DNA of 49,456 bases, taken from positions 1-49,456 of IMG/VR virus record IMGVR_UViG_3300023197_000205; one strand, given 5' to 3'. The DNA comes from a virus (taxonomy: Duplodnaviria > Caudoviricetes). Below the pieces are notes generated by a model. That model made no database searches. It saw only the letters and a program-made list of their open reading frames with translations, and was not told where the DNA came from. A program made the position numbers and the translations under genes. This document shows positions 17,385-26,758 of this stretch, piece by piece (the first letter of the stretch is position 1; each line of letters starts with the position of its first letter).

Positions 17385-18305
17385 CTATCCCGACGAATTG
17401 ACCGTCAGCGTGACCTTATGGAACCGGTCGTTCTGCATCACAGTCTCCCACTCGTCGACGACGTACTCCCCGGACTCGAACACGTTCTCGTTCGGCGATG
17501 CAACCGTGACCGTGTTCTGATCTCCTGGGGAGTTGTCCTCGGCGACGTTCGCGCCGTCCGGAACCTCCCGAATCCGGACAGCGTTGAGCAGTGACGCACT
17601 CTCCTCGAGAACCTGAACCTGCTTGTCGGTCAGGATGAGCCGCAGGCGCTTAGCCTGCGTCCCCTTCGACGCGCCACCGCCGACATCCGCCCTGACGCGG
17701 GGGGTGGCGATCGTCCCGGTGGAGAAGTCGAACTTCCAGTCCCCGCCGCTCGGTGTCTCAGCATAGTGGCTATCCGTATCTCGGTCCTGGTCGGGGACGA
17801 GCGTCACCGTCACACGGAACTGCTTGCCCTGCTGGTCGACAACCTCCTCCTCGTACTCGTCGACGAGATAGTCGCCAGCGAGGCGTGGCGGGATACGGCC
17901 CGCCGGCGGCGTGATCTGGTAGGTGTTTCGGCCGTCGGCGCGATCGATCGCGTCGAAGCCCCCATCTGACCGCTCCAGGACCTCGACCTTCCCGGCGTCG
18001 CTGTCCAGTGGTCGAAGCTGGTTGATGACCGTCGCCCTATCAGAGCGGAACACCAGCGTCAGCGTATCCCAGGTGCGCGTTTCTTCGATGAGCTCGGCGA
18101 CAGGGTTTTTGCCCAGGACCCAGCGCCGGAAGGGCTGCCCCCACAGACCGCCGTCATCAGTCCCGTAGGTTGCACCGTTGACGGTCCCGTAGGTGAACCC
18201 TGGGCCGTCAGCCGCCGACGGGTCATCGGCCCCAACGCCGAGCGTGGCGCCGTCATCGGTTCCGTAGGTTGCGCCGTCCTCGCCGCCGTACGTGAATCCT
18301 GTCAT
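17385..18305 (-). CDS. Putative tail/baseplate protein with YGTDDG repeats
   Basis: Last gene of the late operon; two similar beta-rich halves. Confidence 0.6.
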   Translation of the reverse strand: MTGFTYGGEDGATYGTDDGATLGVGADDPSAADGPGFTYGTVNGATYGTDDGGLWGQPFRRWVLGKNPVAELIEETRTWDTLTLVFRSDRATVINQLRPLDSDAGKVEVLERSDGGFDAIDRADGRNTYQITPPAGRIPPRLAGDYLVDEYEEEVVDQQGKQFRVTVTLVPDQDRDTDSHYAETPSGGDWKFDFSTGTIATPRVRADVGGGASKGTQAKRLRLILTDKQVQVLEESASLLNAVRIREVPDGANVAEDNSPGDQNTVTVASPNENVFESGEYVVDEWETVMQNDRFHKVTLTVNSSG

Positions 18306-18376
18306 GTATTGAGTGCTTTCAACGTATCAGATCGTCCGGGTTCTAAAGCGCCGTCATGGTAAGTAGGTAGGCGTGT

Positions 18377-19267
18377 TCACCGCAGCTCTTTCCACGACTC
18401 GATTGCATAATCCGCACTATCGCCAAACGCGCTGAGTCGATAAGTTTGTCCGGACGGGATTTTAACCGGGCCAATCTCCAACCGTTCGTTCGTTTCTAAT
18501 GTTAGTCGAGGCTGTGTGACTGCGTTAGAAGATTCTGCATTATCAACATCAAACACGACGTTAACGTCCGTCGCATCGGCTGATGCTGAGAGCGTGACAG
18601 CCGCCCAAATGTCTCGGTCAGTGGGAGCAGTTTCCCAGCTCCCAAAGGTTCGATTCACAGTTTCCCACTGAATATTTTTGGTTGCTAAAAGCTCTGTATC
18701 TAACGATCCGACATTGGTAATGTCATTGGTATTTGCGTCGAGGGGCCCGCCCAGCCGCTGCGCGTTCAGCTCGTCGACGACCATCTTCTCGTGCGTCGCC
18801 GTCGCCGACTGCCGCCGATCGCGGATGTCTCCCGACGCCAGCGACGTCGCCTCTGCAGCGACCCAGACCTCTGCCAGGACCACACCCTCGACATCGTGCA
18901 TCGACGGCGGCTCCGGCTGGAACGTGCTGAACCGGGTCTGATCGGACGGTTTCGCCGTGCGGGCGACGCCAGTCTGCTTGTTTACCGTCCCGTCACCCTG
19001 GACGAAGATAACGTCCTTCCGCGGGTTCGTTGAGTCGGCCGAGGACAGCGACACTGTCTGCGTGGACCCGTTGCTGACGAGGACGGGGTTTCCAGACCCG
19101 TCGGTCCCGAAGATCGCCTCCCCGGACGCGACCTCGACTTCGAGGCCGGTGCCGGTGCTGACGCCGTAGCCGCTGACGACCGCGTAGCCGTCGAGGCGGT
19201 CCTGTTCCTGCTGCTGATCAAGTGCCGATGCGCCCTGGCCGGTCTGGTAGGTCATGTCGCTGCTCAT
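18377..19267 (-). CDS. Tail fibre or receptor-binding protein
   Basis: N-terminal NPRKDVI...LAEVWV...IRDRR tail-attachment pattern; low-GC C-terminal module. Confidence 0.7.
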   Translation of the reverse strand: MSSDMTYQTGQGASALDQQQEQDRLDGYAVVSGYGVSTGTGLEVEVASGEAIFGTDGSGNPVLVSNGSTQTVSLSSADSTNPRKDVIFVQGDGTVNKQTGVARTAKPSDQTRFSTFQPEPPSMHDVEGVVLAEVWVAAEATSLASGDIRDRRQSATATHEKMVVDELNAQRLGGPLDANTNDITNVGSLDTELLATKNIQWETVNRTFGSWETAPTDRDIWAAVTLSASADATDVNVVFDVDNAESSNAVTQPRLTLETNERLEIGPVKIPSGQTYRLSAFGDSADYAIESWKELR

Positions 19268-19367
19268 GGTTGCTTTGAGTGCCGCGGAAAAGCAGCTGCT
19301 CGCGTCGCGTCGTATCTGTCTCTAAAACCCAGCTGGCCTCGGCCCGCACCGCGTCATCGGCCGGTGT

Positions 19368-19727
19368 TCAGAATGTCTCCCAGGTCAGTTCGTAGTTGTC
19401 GACCGCACTATCATCCTGCCCGTAGTACGCCACGCCGAACTCAGCTGTCGTGCCAGCGCTAAGCGCCTCGAGGTGAGACGAGCCCTGTTCCAGACGCGTT
19501 CCGTCTGCGTCGAAGAAGCTGGCCGAGAAGGTGATGTCGACAGCGTCGTCGCCAGTGTTCGTCACCTCGCCGACAACGGCCAGGAGATCGTCTTTTTCGC
19601 CCAGATTATGTTCTACGTCAAGTGCGTCCTCGCCCGGTGTCGTCGTCTCACTATCGTCGGGGGTGCCCGAACTGGTGCATCCCGCAAGAGCGGCGACGAC
19701 GCCAATGAAGTACGCTCTGCGCTGCAT
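19368..19727 (-). CDS. Tat lipoprotein, FxLYD-like Ig domain
   Basis: MQRRAYF...LAGC; VGEVTNTG...ASFFDADG. Confidence 0.8.
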   Translation of the reverse strand: MQRRAYFIGVVAALAGCTSSGTPDDSETTTPGEDALDVEHNLGEKDDLLAVVGEVTNTGDDAVDITFSASFFDADGTRLEQGSSHLEALSAGTTAEFGVAYYGQDDSAVDNYELTWETF

Positions 19728-19760
19728 GATCGGGTGTCTCCAGTCCACACACATAAGTGA

Positions 19761-21656
19761 TCAGCCATCACCCAGCACCTGACGATAGACGTCGATATCC
19801 AACGCGCAGTGCAGATGGCCTAATGAATCGCTGGTGACTCGGATGGTGTTGAACTGCCCGGGGGTGAGATGGCCAGCAATATCGACGGTTTCCTCAAACG
19901 TTGAACTCCCGTCGCCTAGCGACACGCCGACCGATTGTCCGTTGATGATGACATCACAGTTGGATGGATGCTCCTGGAAGTCGATGATGCCCGGGTTCGG
20001 TTCGTGGGTGTGTTTCGGCGTCGTCGAACTGGATGTTTCAGTTGTCCCGCCACCATCAGACGTCGTGTCTGATGACCACTGGTCCTGTGGTGTCCCGACT
20101 TCGTTTGTGCTCCCATCAGGTGTGTCATATAGATGGTCGTGAGTCCCATCCTCGGTTGTAGCACCGCCTGCAGAGCTGTCTCCAATAGTGTGACTGTGCG
20201 TCCCATCCTCGCTTGTGAGATTCGATCCGCTATCGTAAGTGTGCCTATGTGCGCCTGCGTCATCAGTATCAGCGAGAACCGAACTGAGAGTGTGATCGTG
20301 TTCTCCTGCTTCAACGGTTCTCTCTTGTGTAGTCGGGACGCCGTGGCTATGGGGGACTAATCCGAACGTATACTCGTGGTTGTGATCCGGAATCGTGACG
20401 CTGTGAGTGTGTTTCCCCCCGCCAGAAGCAGCACCCTGTGAGTAAGCACGGTAGTTGAGGCCTTTCACCTGCAGTTTGACGCGGTGTTCGTACTCCACCT
20501 CAGCAGGATAGTAGATATCCATCTCGTAGTCGTGCTCCCCGTCGACAGGCTGACGGCCTCCACTGGTGTTGAGCGTGACCGGGCTCCCCTCGAATGCTCG
20601 GTTGTAGCGCTCGACATCTTTCCGGCCTTTCTCGCCCGGGCTCGACCGGGTCTTCTGCCGTGAGGATAGGACGCACTCGTACCGAAGCCCCTCGTGGTCG
20701 TCGATGCGTGTCCACTCGACGATCCGCAGCGCCCGGTCGATGTTCTCCTTGGGCTTCGAGACGTGGACCGTGTCGCCCAGCTCAACGTCGACGCCTTTCA
20801 ACGTCGCCTCGACCTCGACGAACTCGTCGTTTATCTCGGCGATCTGCGTCAGGCCCTCGGTTTCGAGGGTGGAGGGCTTTGTGACCTCCTTGTTACTGAG
20901 ACTGTCCCAGATGCGTCGGTCGCCAGGCTCCCAGTCGTGGCCTGTGTAGGTGACCTTGTTCTGGTAGCTCTGCGTGTCGGTATCCGGGACGACGTTGACT
21001 TCGACCTGGTGGCGTCCCTCACCGACCCCCAACATCCGGAGGTGGGTGCATTTCTTCCCGCCCCCCTTCTGCTTCACGGAGATATCGCCGTCGAGGTTCT
21101 GGGCCTCCGGCGAGATCGTGATGGTGTCGGACTTGTCTTGGCCGAGCCGGTCGACGTAGTCGACAGTCTTGTCGGCGTTGTACTGTACCTCTCCGGGCGT
21201 TGCTTCCTCGACGGTTCGGATCTTCTTCGCCTGTGAGGAGTGCGAGAACACGAACGTCAGGTTGGCCTCCAGCTGCTGAATGGTCCCTGCAGTGAGCTGG
21301 GGAACCGCGTCGATGGCTTCCTGGACGAGCGTGTCATCGGCGACGCCGTCGCGACGCTGGCCGCCCGGTGTCGGCTGGGCCTCTCGGGCAAGCCGTTCAA
21401 AGCTGTCGACGACGAGTTCGACTTCAGATCCGCCGCGCTCGATGTCTTTTAGCACGCCGCCGAAGGCATTCGTGCCGTCGTCCCCAACGAGGTAGACTTC
21501 GTCGATGTCCTCCTGCAGGGTTACATCGGTGGTTTCTCGGCGAAGTGTGAACAGCCGGGCCATGCCGGTTTTGCCGAACTTCCGGATGACCTCGTCAGCG
21601 CGGTGCTCGAGGATGTCCTCGGTCCCGTCCGGGTGTTCGACGCGGATCGAGGCCAC
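19761..21656 (-). CDS. Tail tip/hub protein with HxH-repeat needle region
   Basis: Follows the tape measure gene; hub-like VELGDTVHV; eight HxH motifs near the C-terminus. Confidence 0.75.
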   Translation of the reverse strand: MASIRVEHPDGTEDILEHRADEVIRKFGKTGMARLFTLRRETTDVTLQEDIDEVYLVGDDGTNAFGGVLKDIERGGSEVELVVDSFERLAREAQPTPGGQRRDGVADDTLVQEAIDAVPQLTAGTIQQLEANLTFVFSHSSQAKKIRTVEEATPGEVQYNADKTVDYVDRLGQDKSDTITISPEAQNLDGDISVKQKGGGKKCTHLRMLGVGEGRHQVEVNVVPDTDTQSYQNKVTYTGHDWEPGDRRIWDSLSNKEVTKPSTLETEGLTQIAEINDEFVEVEATLKGVDVELGDTVHVSKPKENIDRALRIVEWTRIDDHEGLRYECVLSSRQKTRSSPGEKGRKDVERYNRAFEGSPVTLNTSGGRQPVDGEHDYEMDIYYPAEVEYEHRVKLQVKGLNYRAYSQGAASGGGKHTHSVTIPDHNHEYTFGLVPHSHGVPTTQERTVEAGEHDHTLSSVLADTDDAGAHRHTYDSGSNLTSEDGTHSHTIGDSSAGGATTEDGTHDHLYDTPDGSTNEVGTPQDQWSSDTTSDGGGTTETSSSTTPKHTHEPNPGIIDFQEHPSNCDVIINGQSVGVSLGDGSSTFEETVDIAGHLTPGQFNTIRVTSDSLGHLHCALDIDVYRQVLGDG

Positions 21657-23332
21657 TACTTCGTCACCTCCTGTTCAGCCTGGTACTTCGCGGTCGACTC
21701 CGCGCTCGCCTTCCCGATCTCGCGCTCGCCGACCTTGAGAGTGACATCGCCACCCATGTTGCCGACCTCGTCGGCGATCGTCCGGAGGTGTCCCTCCAGG
21801 CGCTGGATGTCCTCGCTTGTCGCTGCGTTGCGGTCGCGGCCCCCGTCACGGGAGCTCCTGCCACCGGTCATCTCACCGAGCCGGTCAAGTGGGATCACGG
21901 CCTCAGGGCCGGCCTCGCCGATGAGCGCGTTCGTCGGGCCCGTGACGACGCCTCCCTCCGCGAACGGCAGAACCCCATCGTTTCCGCCACCACCTCCACC
22001 ACTGATATCAAGTCTGCTGGTGATGGCAGAGGCGTCGATTGTCGGCCAGTCTATCGCGTCGACGATCGAACCGCCATTGACGTTTGGCCAGCTTGGCTGG
22101 TCGAGCAGCGACCCAGTGTTGATGTTGGGCCAACTCGGCTGGCCGAGAAGTGAGCCGACATCAACCGAGGGCCAGGAGGGCATCTGGAGGAAAGAGCCCG
22201 TTCCAATGCGCGGCCAGTTAGCCATGTTGAGCAGATCCCCATCGGAGACACGTGGCCAGTCGGGGGACTGAAGAAGCGACTGGACATCAATGCGTGGCCA
22301 GTCCGGCGAGCCAAGAATGTCGTCAGTGCCGATATTCGGCCAGGATATACTCCCGATCATCGACGTTTCGGAAAGGTCAGGCCACCCCGGGAACGTTCCT
22401 GTGATGTCCGGCCATCCGGGGAATTCGGGGAGCGGGGGCCAACTGAAATTAGGGATATCTGGCCAGCCCGGGAAGTCAGGGATCGACGGCATGTCGGGGA
22501 GTTCGAGTTTGTCTATCTGCTCGCCGATCGCGCTCCCGACTCGACCGGCGATAGCCGTGCCGCCAAGCGCTCCGACGATCGCGCCGATGATTGCACCGCC
22601 AGTCCCGCCTGCAGCGGTCCCGACACCGGGAACCACGGAGCCGACTGCCGCGCCACCCGCACCCCCGGCCTTTGCACCAGCCCAACCGCCGGCGAGGAGC
22701 CCCCCAACAGATCCACCGACGCCCAGTGAGAACTCCCCGAGGCCGTCGTTCTGCGGGTCGACGCCAGTTAGTCCTTCGGCCGAGGCGACAGCGAGTCCCT
22801 TTTCGCTGACGTTCTTGTTGAAGTTCTTCGCCATCTCCAGCAGCGACTTCGCCATCGGCCGGAGCATGTCGCTGAGGAAGTTCCCGAATGGGCGGAAGAA
22901 CAGCGACATGGCCTCCCCGAACAGGTTGCTCGTCGACTGGAGTGCCGGTGAGGCACTCATCAGCAGGTTTGCTGTCGTGCTCATCGCACCAAGCATCCCG
23001 ACAGCTACGGCACCGCCGAGAGCGACTTTTGCGAGGCCGCCAGCACCGGCACCGGCAAGCGCTCCACCCGCCCCCACACCGCCTGCCCCACCATCGGCTT
23101 CCCTCCCGCCGCCGAGGCCGTCTAGAGCGCCTCCACCAGCACCATCGCTAAGTGCGCCGCCGAAGTCGAAGTCCTGCAGCGTCTCCTCGATAGTCCCGGT
23201 GTTGACATCTGGCTGGATCTCTTCGACCTCGTCGAGGTCGGCTTGGACATCCTGTTTGGCCTGGCGGCTTGCTCGCTGATCGACTTCGGGTTTCAAAAGC
23301 CCACGCAGGCCGATATCGAATTGCTGTGCCAT
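21656..23332 (-). CDS. Tape measure protein
   Basis: Gly/Ala hydrophobic stretches; FAEGGVVTGPT..LIGEAGPEAVIPL motif; WP repeats. Confidence 0.85.
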   Translation of the reverse strand: MAQQFDIGLRGLLKPEVDQRASRQAKQDVQADLDEVEEIQPDVNTGTIEETLQDFDFGGALSDGAGGGALDGLGGGREADGGAGGVGAGGALAGAGAGGLAKVALGGAVAVGMLGAMSTTANLLMSASPALQSTSNLFGEAMSLFFRPFGNFLSDMLRPMAKSLLEMAKNFNKNVSEKGLAVASAEGLTGVDPQNDGLGEFSLGVGGSVGGLLAGGWAGAKAGGAGGAAVGSVVPGVGTAAGGTGGAIIGAIVGALGGTAIAGRVGSAIGEQIDKLELPDMPSIPDFPGWPDIPNFSWPPLPEFPGWPDITGTFPGWPDLSETSMIGSISWPNIGTDDILGSPDWPRIDVQSLLQSPDWPRVSDGDLLNMANWPRIGTGSFLQMPSWPSVDVGSLLGQPSWPNINTGSLLDQPSWPNVNGGSIVDAIDWPTIDASAITSRLDISGGGGGGNDGVLPFAEGGVVTGPTNALIGEAGPEAVIPLDRLGEMTGGRSSRDGGRDRNAATSEDIQRLEGHLRTIADEVGNMGGDVTLKVGEREIGKASAESTAKYQAEQEVTK

Positions 23333-23334
23333 GA

Positions 23335-24165
23335 TTAGGTTTCTGTCGTTCCCTCGATGAGTTCGAGGCTGTACTCGCCGACCCGAGTCCGTCCTGCCTC
23401 CAGAACACTCTCGTACTTGTTGACCATCACGTCGAGTTCGTGGCCAGGAAACGCGGACTGATACGTGGCGATCGTGTCCTGGCCGATGAGCAACTTCATG
23501 TGGTCGTCGAACGCCTTCCGCTCGGACACTGTTCCAGTATGCTCTGCGCTGATCGTGATGGTTCGCACCGCCCCGGATTCGCTCGTGATGGTGTTCTGTT
23601 CAGCGCTCGATGCGTTGAGCATCTTGTCGGTGCCCAACTTCTGCCGTTTCTCCTCGCGGTACTGGATCGGGTGCTGGAGGTCGCGTCCGTCAAGCGTCCA
23701 CGTCGACGACGGCGATGCGGGGTTCGTCGATGTCGTATTGTCGACCATGACCCCCTCGCCGATTCGATAGGCGAGGTCCCATTCGAGCTGCAGCTTCTCG
23801 CCGCTGCTCCGTGTCCACCCGAATGATTCCAATACGACATTCCGCTCCAAATCGCGCACGTCATGAGTGAGGGTGTAGCCCTGGCCCTGCTGGCCGTTGA
23901 TTAAGGCCATCACCGTCTGGACCCACTCCGCAAGTGCAGTTACCGGGTCATTGCTGTAGCCGGTCTGGCGTGAGAGCCGGTTCCCAGTCACGATGCCGGT
24001 CGTCTCCTGGCTGTGGGCCTCGGTCATCCCCGACAGGTAGGCCTCATCGCTGTCGTACGTTGCCGACGGTGAGACATCGACCTCTCCTTCGCGTTCGTCG
24101 CGGTCTTCTTGAGCCTGCCAGAAGTCGATGGTCTGTGACCCGGTGTCGAGATGTAGGTTCGGCAT
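23335..24165 (-). CDS. Putative distal-tail/tube-fold protein
   Basis: Two similar beta-rich halves; within the tail module. Confidence 0.55.
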   Translation of the reverse strand: MPNLHLDTGSQTIDFWQAQEDRDEREGEVDVSPSATYDSDEAYLSGMTEAHSQETTGIVTGNRLSRQTGYSNDPVTALAEWVQTVMALINGQQGQGYTLTHDVRDLERNVVLESFGWTRSSGEKLQLEWDLAYRIGEGVMVDNTTSTNPASPSSTWTLDGRDLQHPIQYREEKRQKLGTDKMLNASSAEQNTITSESGAVRTITISAEHTGTVSERKAFDDHMKLLIGQDTIATYQSAFPGHELDVMVNKYESVLEAGRTRVGEYSLELIEGTTET

Positions 24166-24171
24166 GGAAAC

Positions 24172-24381
24172 TCAGCCGCCTCCAAAGTCGATCTTGTCGA
24201 TCGCTTTTAACACGCCATCGCGGACGGTGTTGACCTCTACCTCAGCAACGTGAGAGTGCTGCTCGGCCCACAGGACGACATCGCGCATCGGGATCTCGCT
24301 GGTCGGGCCGTGCCCACGTGCCATCAGCTCCGCTATGAGTTCTTGTAGTCTTCCAGCGCTTCCTGCGCCGATGTATTTCCC
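24172..24381 (-). CDS. -1 frameshift extension of the tail assembly chaperone
   Basis: G GGA AAT heptamer at 24381-24375; -1 frame open GKYIGAGSAGRLQELIAELMARGH...KIDFGGG to TGA 24174-24172. Confidence 0.75.
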   Translation of the reverse strand, partial: GKYIGAGSAGRLQELIAELMARGHGPTSEIPMRDVVLWAEQHSHVAEVEVNTVRDGVLKAIDKIDFGGG

Positions 24382-24908
24382 AAGTCTGCATCGACTCCCT
24401 GGGTGGTGTGCTCGTTGATCTTCTCGACGAGCCAGTTGCCCACTTTCCGTGGGAGGCTGGTGCTGAGGTCGTCCGGGGCCTCCGGCGGAGCGTCAACGCG
24501 GATCCGCTCCAGCATCTCAGTGATACCGAACACGCTCCCCGGGACTTTCTTCCCGCGTTTCTTGGCCTCTTCAGCCATCGCGGTCGAGCGCCCCTGAATA
24601 TATAGACCGTCCTCTGCGGACGGCTCCTGAAACGTGAACTCGTAGCCTGACCAGCTGCCCGCCTGGTTCGGGTCGTTGAGGAACTCCTCGATGCGTTCTT
24701 TCTGTGTCTGCAGTTCAGCACGCTGTTCGCGGAGTTCGTAGAACTTCTCCTCGTAGTCGTCGGGGCACTCGGGGTCGTTAAAGCCCTTCTCAGGGAACTT
24801 GTCGTCGACTTTGTCGAGGAGCGTCTGTTCAGCCTCTTCGGTCTGTTCGATCTGGTCGGCCAGATCGTCCGGCGCCTCACTAAGGTCAACGGTGAACTTC
24901 TTGAGCAT
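24333..24908 (-). CDS. Tail assembly chaperone
   Basis: Between tail tube and tape measure genes; slippery site near its 3' end. Confidence 0.75.
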   Translation of the reverse strand: MLKKFTVDLSEAPDDLADQIEQTEEAEQTLLDKVDDKFPEKGFNDPECPDDYEEKFYELREQRAELQTQKERIEEFLNDPNQAGSWSGYEFTFQEPSAEDGLYIQGRSTAMAEEAKKRGKKVPGSVFGITEMLERIRVDAPPEAPDDLSTSLPRKVGNWLVEKINEHTTQGVDADLGNTSAQEALEDYKNS

Positions 24909-24911
24909 GAG

Positions 24912-25211
24912 TTACGATAGCGGTTTGATGGTGATCGTACCGGTCTCCTCGATGGCGATGTCGATGCTGACAACCTCGAACGTCTCAACATCATCCAGCT
25001 CATCAGGCCGATGTTCGCAGAGGGCGTCGTGGGCAGTGTCCAGCAAGTCGTGGTGTTGGCGGATGGTACTCTCCACCGTAATACCGTCGACCCGGTCGCC
25101 CTGGATTTTCTGGACGGACTCCTCCATACTTTGAAGGTCGGCCAGCTTCTGCGCGAGCGCTGAAGCGACTGGCCCGTCGTAGCCAACTTCGATGTCGATG
25201 TTCTCAGACAT
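24912..25211 (-). CDS. Hypothetical protein
   Basis: Acidic ORF tightly packed in the tail module. Confidence 0.65.
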   Translation of the reverse strand: MSENIDIEVGYDGPVASALAQKLADLQSMEESVQKIQGDRVDGITVESTIRQHHDLLDTAHDALCEHRPDELDDVETFEVVSIDIAIEETGTITIKPLS

Positions 25212-26186
25212 CTATGGCGCCGTGTCGACGTCGTTCTCTGCGGTCGCCGTGATACTGACCGGGCGGTTCGTGACGCTGTTCTCGATGTTGCTGTCGGGGT
25301 CGCCCGTCCCGTCGACGGAGAACTCGTTCGGGAACGCGTCGGTGAGGTCGTACTGGACGCTCTGCTTTGCCGACCCCGTCTTGCCGTTGTCCAGCAGGAT
25401 GGTCATCGATTCCTTGGTGGGTGCCGACAGCGTCGACGAGCCGCCGAGGAAGCGGTCGATCGCGTCGTCAGAAGTATCGTCCCGCGTCTGGACGTGGTCG
25501 ACCGTCAGCATCCGCGCCTTCGGCGAGTAGTCGACAGGCTCCTCGGCCCCCAGTTCGAGCGTCGGGTCGATGTTGTTCTGGATGCTCAGCGTGAGCGACT
25601 GGATTAGCCGCTGGGTTGTCCCGCCGATGGAGAGCTCACCGTTAGCGAACGTGAATACCTCGGCAGAGCGGGATGCCTGGGATTCCTGGGTGGACGGTTC
25701 GGCCTCTTCGAGGGAGGCGTAGGCTCCACTGAGTGAGACGGTGACGTTGCCGGGGACTTCGATGCTGATCGTTGCATCGGAGACGACGGCACCGCGGAGA
25801 AGCCAGTCCTCCCCGGACTTCGTGTTGCCCGTGACGATCTGCATCGAACGGGGCGCTTCGCCGCTGAACTCGTGGCTGTAGGGTTCAGACGATCCCGACG
25901 TCGTCGGGGCATCGATAACCGCCTTATTCCACCACGGGTTGCTGAAGACGAAGTCCGCCGTCCAGCTCCCGCTGAACTCCTGTTCGATCCACTCTTCTAC
26001 ATCGCGGGAATTCGGTTCGAAGAGTTCGACGGCGTTCCGTGACCCCTCGAACGCGGACAGGGTGCTGTCCTTGCCGAACGGCTTCGGCGTGGAGTCGTCA
26101 GGATCGCCTTTGAACCCGTCACTGCCGTCCTCCCAGTAGTAGACGAGCGTGCTGTTCGCGCCGGTCTGAATGGTCGGTTCGCTCAT
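25212..26186 (-). CDS. Major tail tube protein
   Basis: 324 aa, S/T/G-rich beta protein; SGSWTADF, IQSLTLSIQNNI; position. Confidence 0.8.
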   Translation of the reverse strand: MSEPTIQTGANSTLVYYWEDGSDGFKGDPDDSTPKPFGKDSTLSAFEGSRNAVELFEPNSRDVEEWIEQEFSGSWTADFVFSNPWWNKAVIDAPTTSGSSEPYSHEFSGEAPRSMQIVTGNTKSGEDWLLRGAVVSDATISIEVPGNVTVSLSGAYASLEEAEPSTQESQASRSAEVFTFANGELSIGGTTQRLIQSLTLSIQNNIDPTLELGAEEPVDYSPKARMLTVDHVQTRDDTSDDAIDRFLGGSSTLSAPTKESMTILLDNGKTGSAKQSVQYDLTDAFPNEFSVDGTGDPDSNIENSVTNRPVSITATAENDVDTAP

Positions 26187-26425
26187 GATTGAGTCTCCGT
26201 GTCGCTGGTGTCAGTGTCGGTGTCGCTATCGTCGCTGCTGTCGTCGGTCTGGTTTCGGAGCTTCCGCGTGACCACGCCCTTGTGCCCGTCGAGCCAGGCC
26301 TCCAGCTCGTGGAGGCGGTACGGGATCGAGAGGCCGGTGGCCTGCTGGAGCTCGTCGCGATGCCGCTGGATCCAGTGCAGTCGGTGGTTGTTCGCCTCCC
26401 ACTGCTCGAGCAAGTCGTCGGTCAT
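26183..26425 (-). CDS. Hypothetical protein
   Basis: ATGA overlap with the tube gene. Confidence 0.6.
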   Translation of the reverse strand: MTDDLLEQWEANNHRLHWIQRHRDELQQATGLSIPYRLHELEAWLDGHKGVVTRKLRNQTDDSSDDSDTDTDTSDTETQS

Positions 26426-26434
26426 CGGATGGGG

Positions 26435-26758
26435 TCAGTCAAGCAGGTCGCAGTTCGGGCAATCGCCGGTCTCGGTGCCTATTTCGTAGACGAGTTCCAT
26501 CCCGCAGTCGGGGCAGTTCTCAGGGTGATCATCGTCATCCTCGCCAGCGTCGGTCTTACTGCCGACGCCGGCGTCAGCGGTCTCGGCGGACGGGGGCGTT
26601 GGGTGGTCCCGGTCCCCCGAACCGTCACCGCCGACGTCACCGGCCATCGACAGCAAAAACGACCCGGCGAGTTCGAGCATCTTCTGTGCGCCCTCCTGGT
26701 AGGCTTCCCACTCCTCCTCGGAGTAGCCGTCAGGTCGCTCAAGGCCGGGCTTCGTCAT
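26435..26758 (-). CDS. CPxCG Zn-ribbon protein
   Basis: CPDCG...CPNC. Confidence 0.65.
   Translation of the reverse strand: MTKPGLERPDGYSEEEWEAYQEGAQKMLELAGSFLLSMAGDVGGDGSGDRDHPTPPSAETADAGVGSKTDAGEDDDDHPENCPDCGMELVYEIGTETGDCPNCDLLD

Noticed and set aside
17385-21656. Diversity-generating retroelement or invertible tail-fibre cassette
   Set aside because: No reverse transcriptase, no TR/VR pair and no inverted duplicate fibre gene seen
24242-25186. 314-aa minus-strand ORF
   Set aside because: Ser/Thr/Arg-rich off-frame overlap of two better acidic ORFs
19761-26186. Contractile tail or eCIS
   Set aside because: No sheath or baseplate-wedge gene recognised; the layout fits a non-contractile tail
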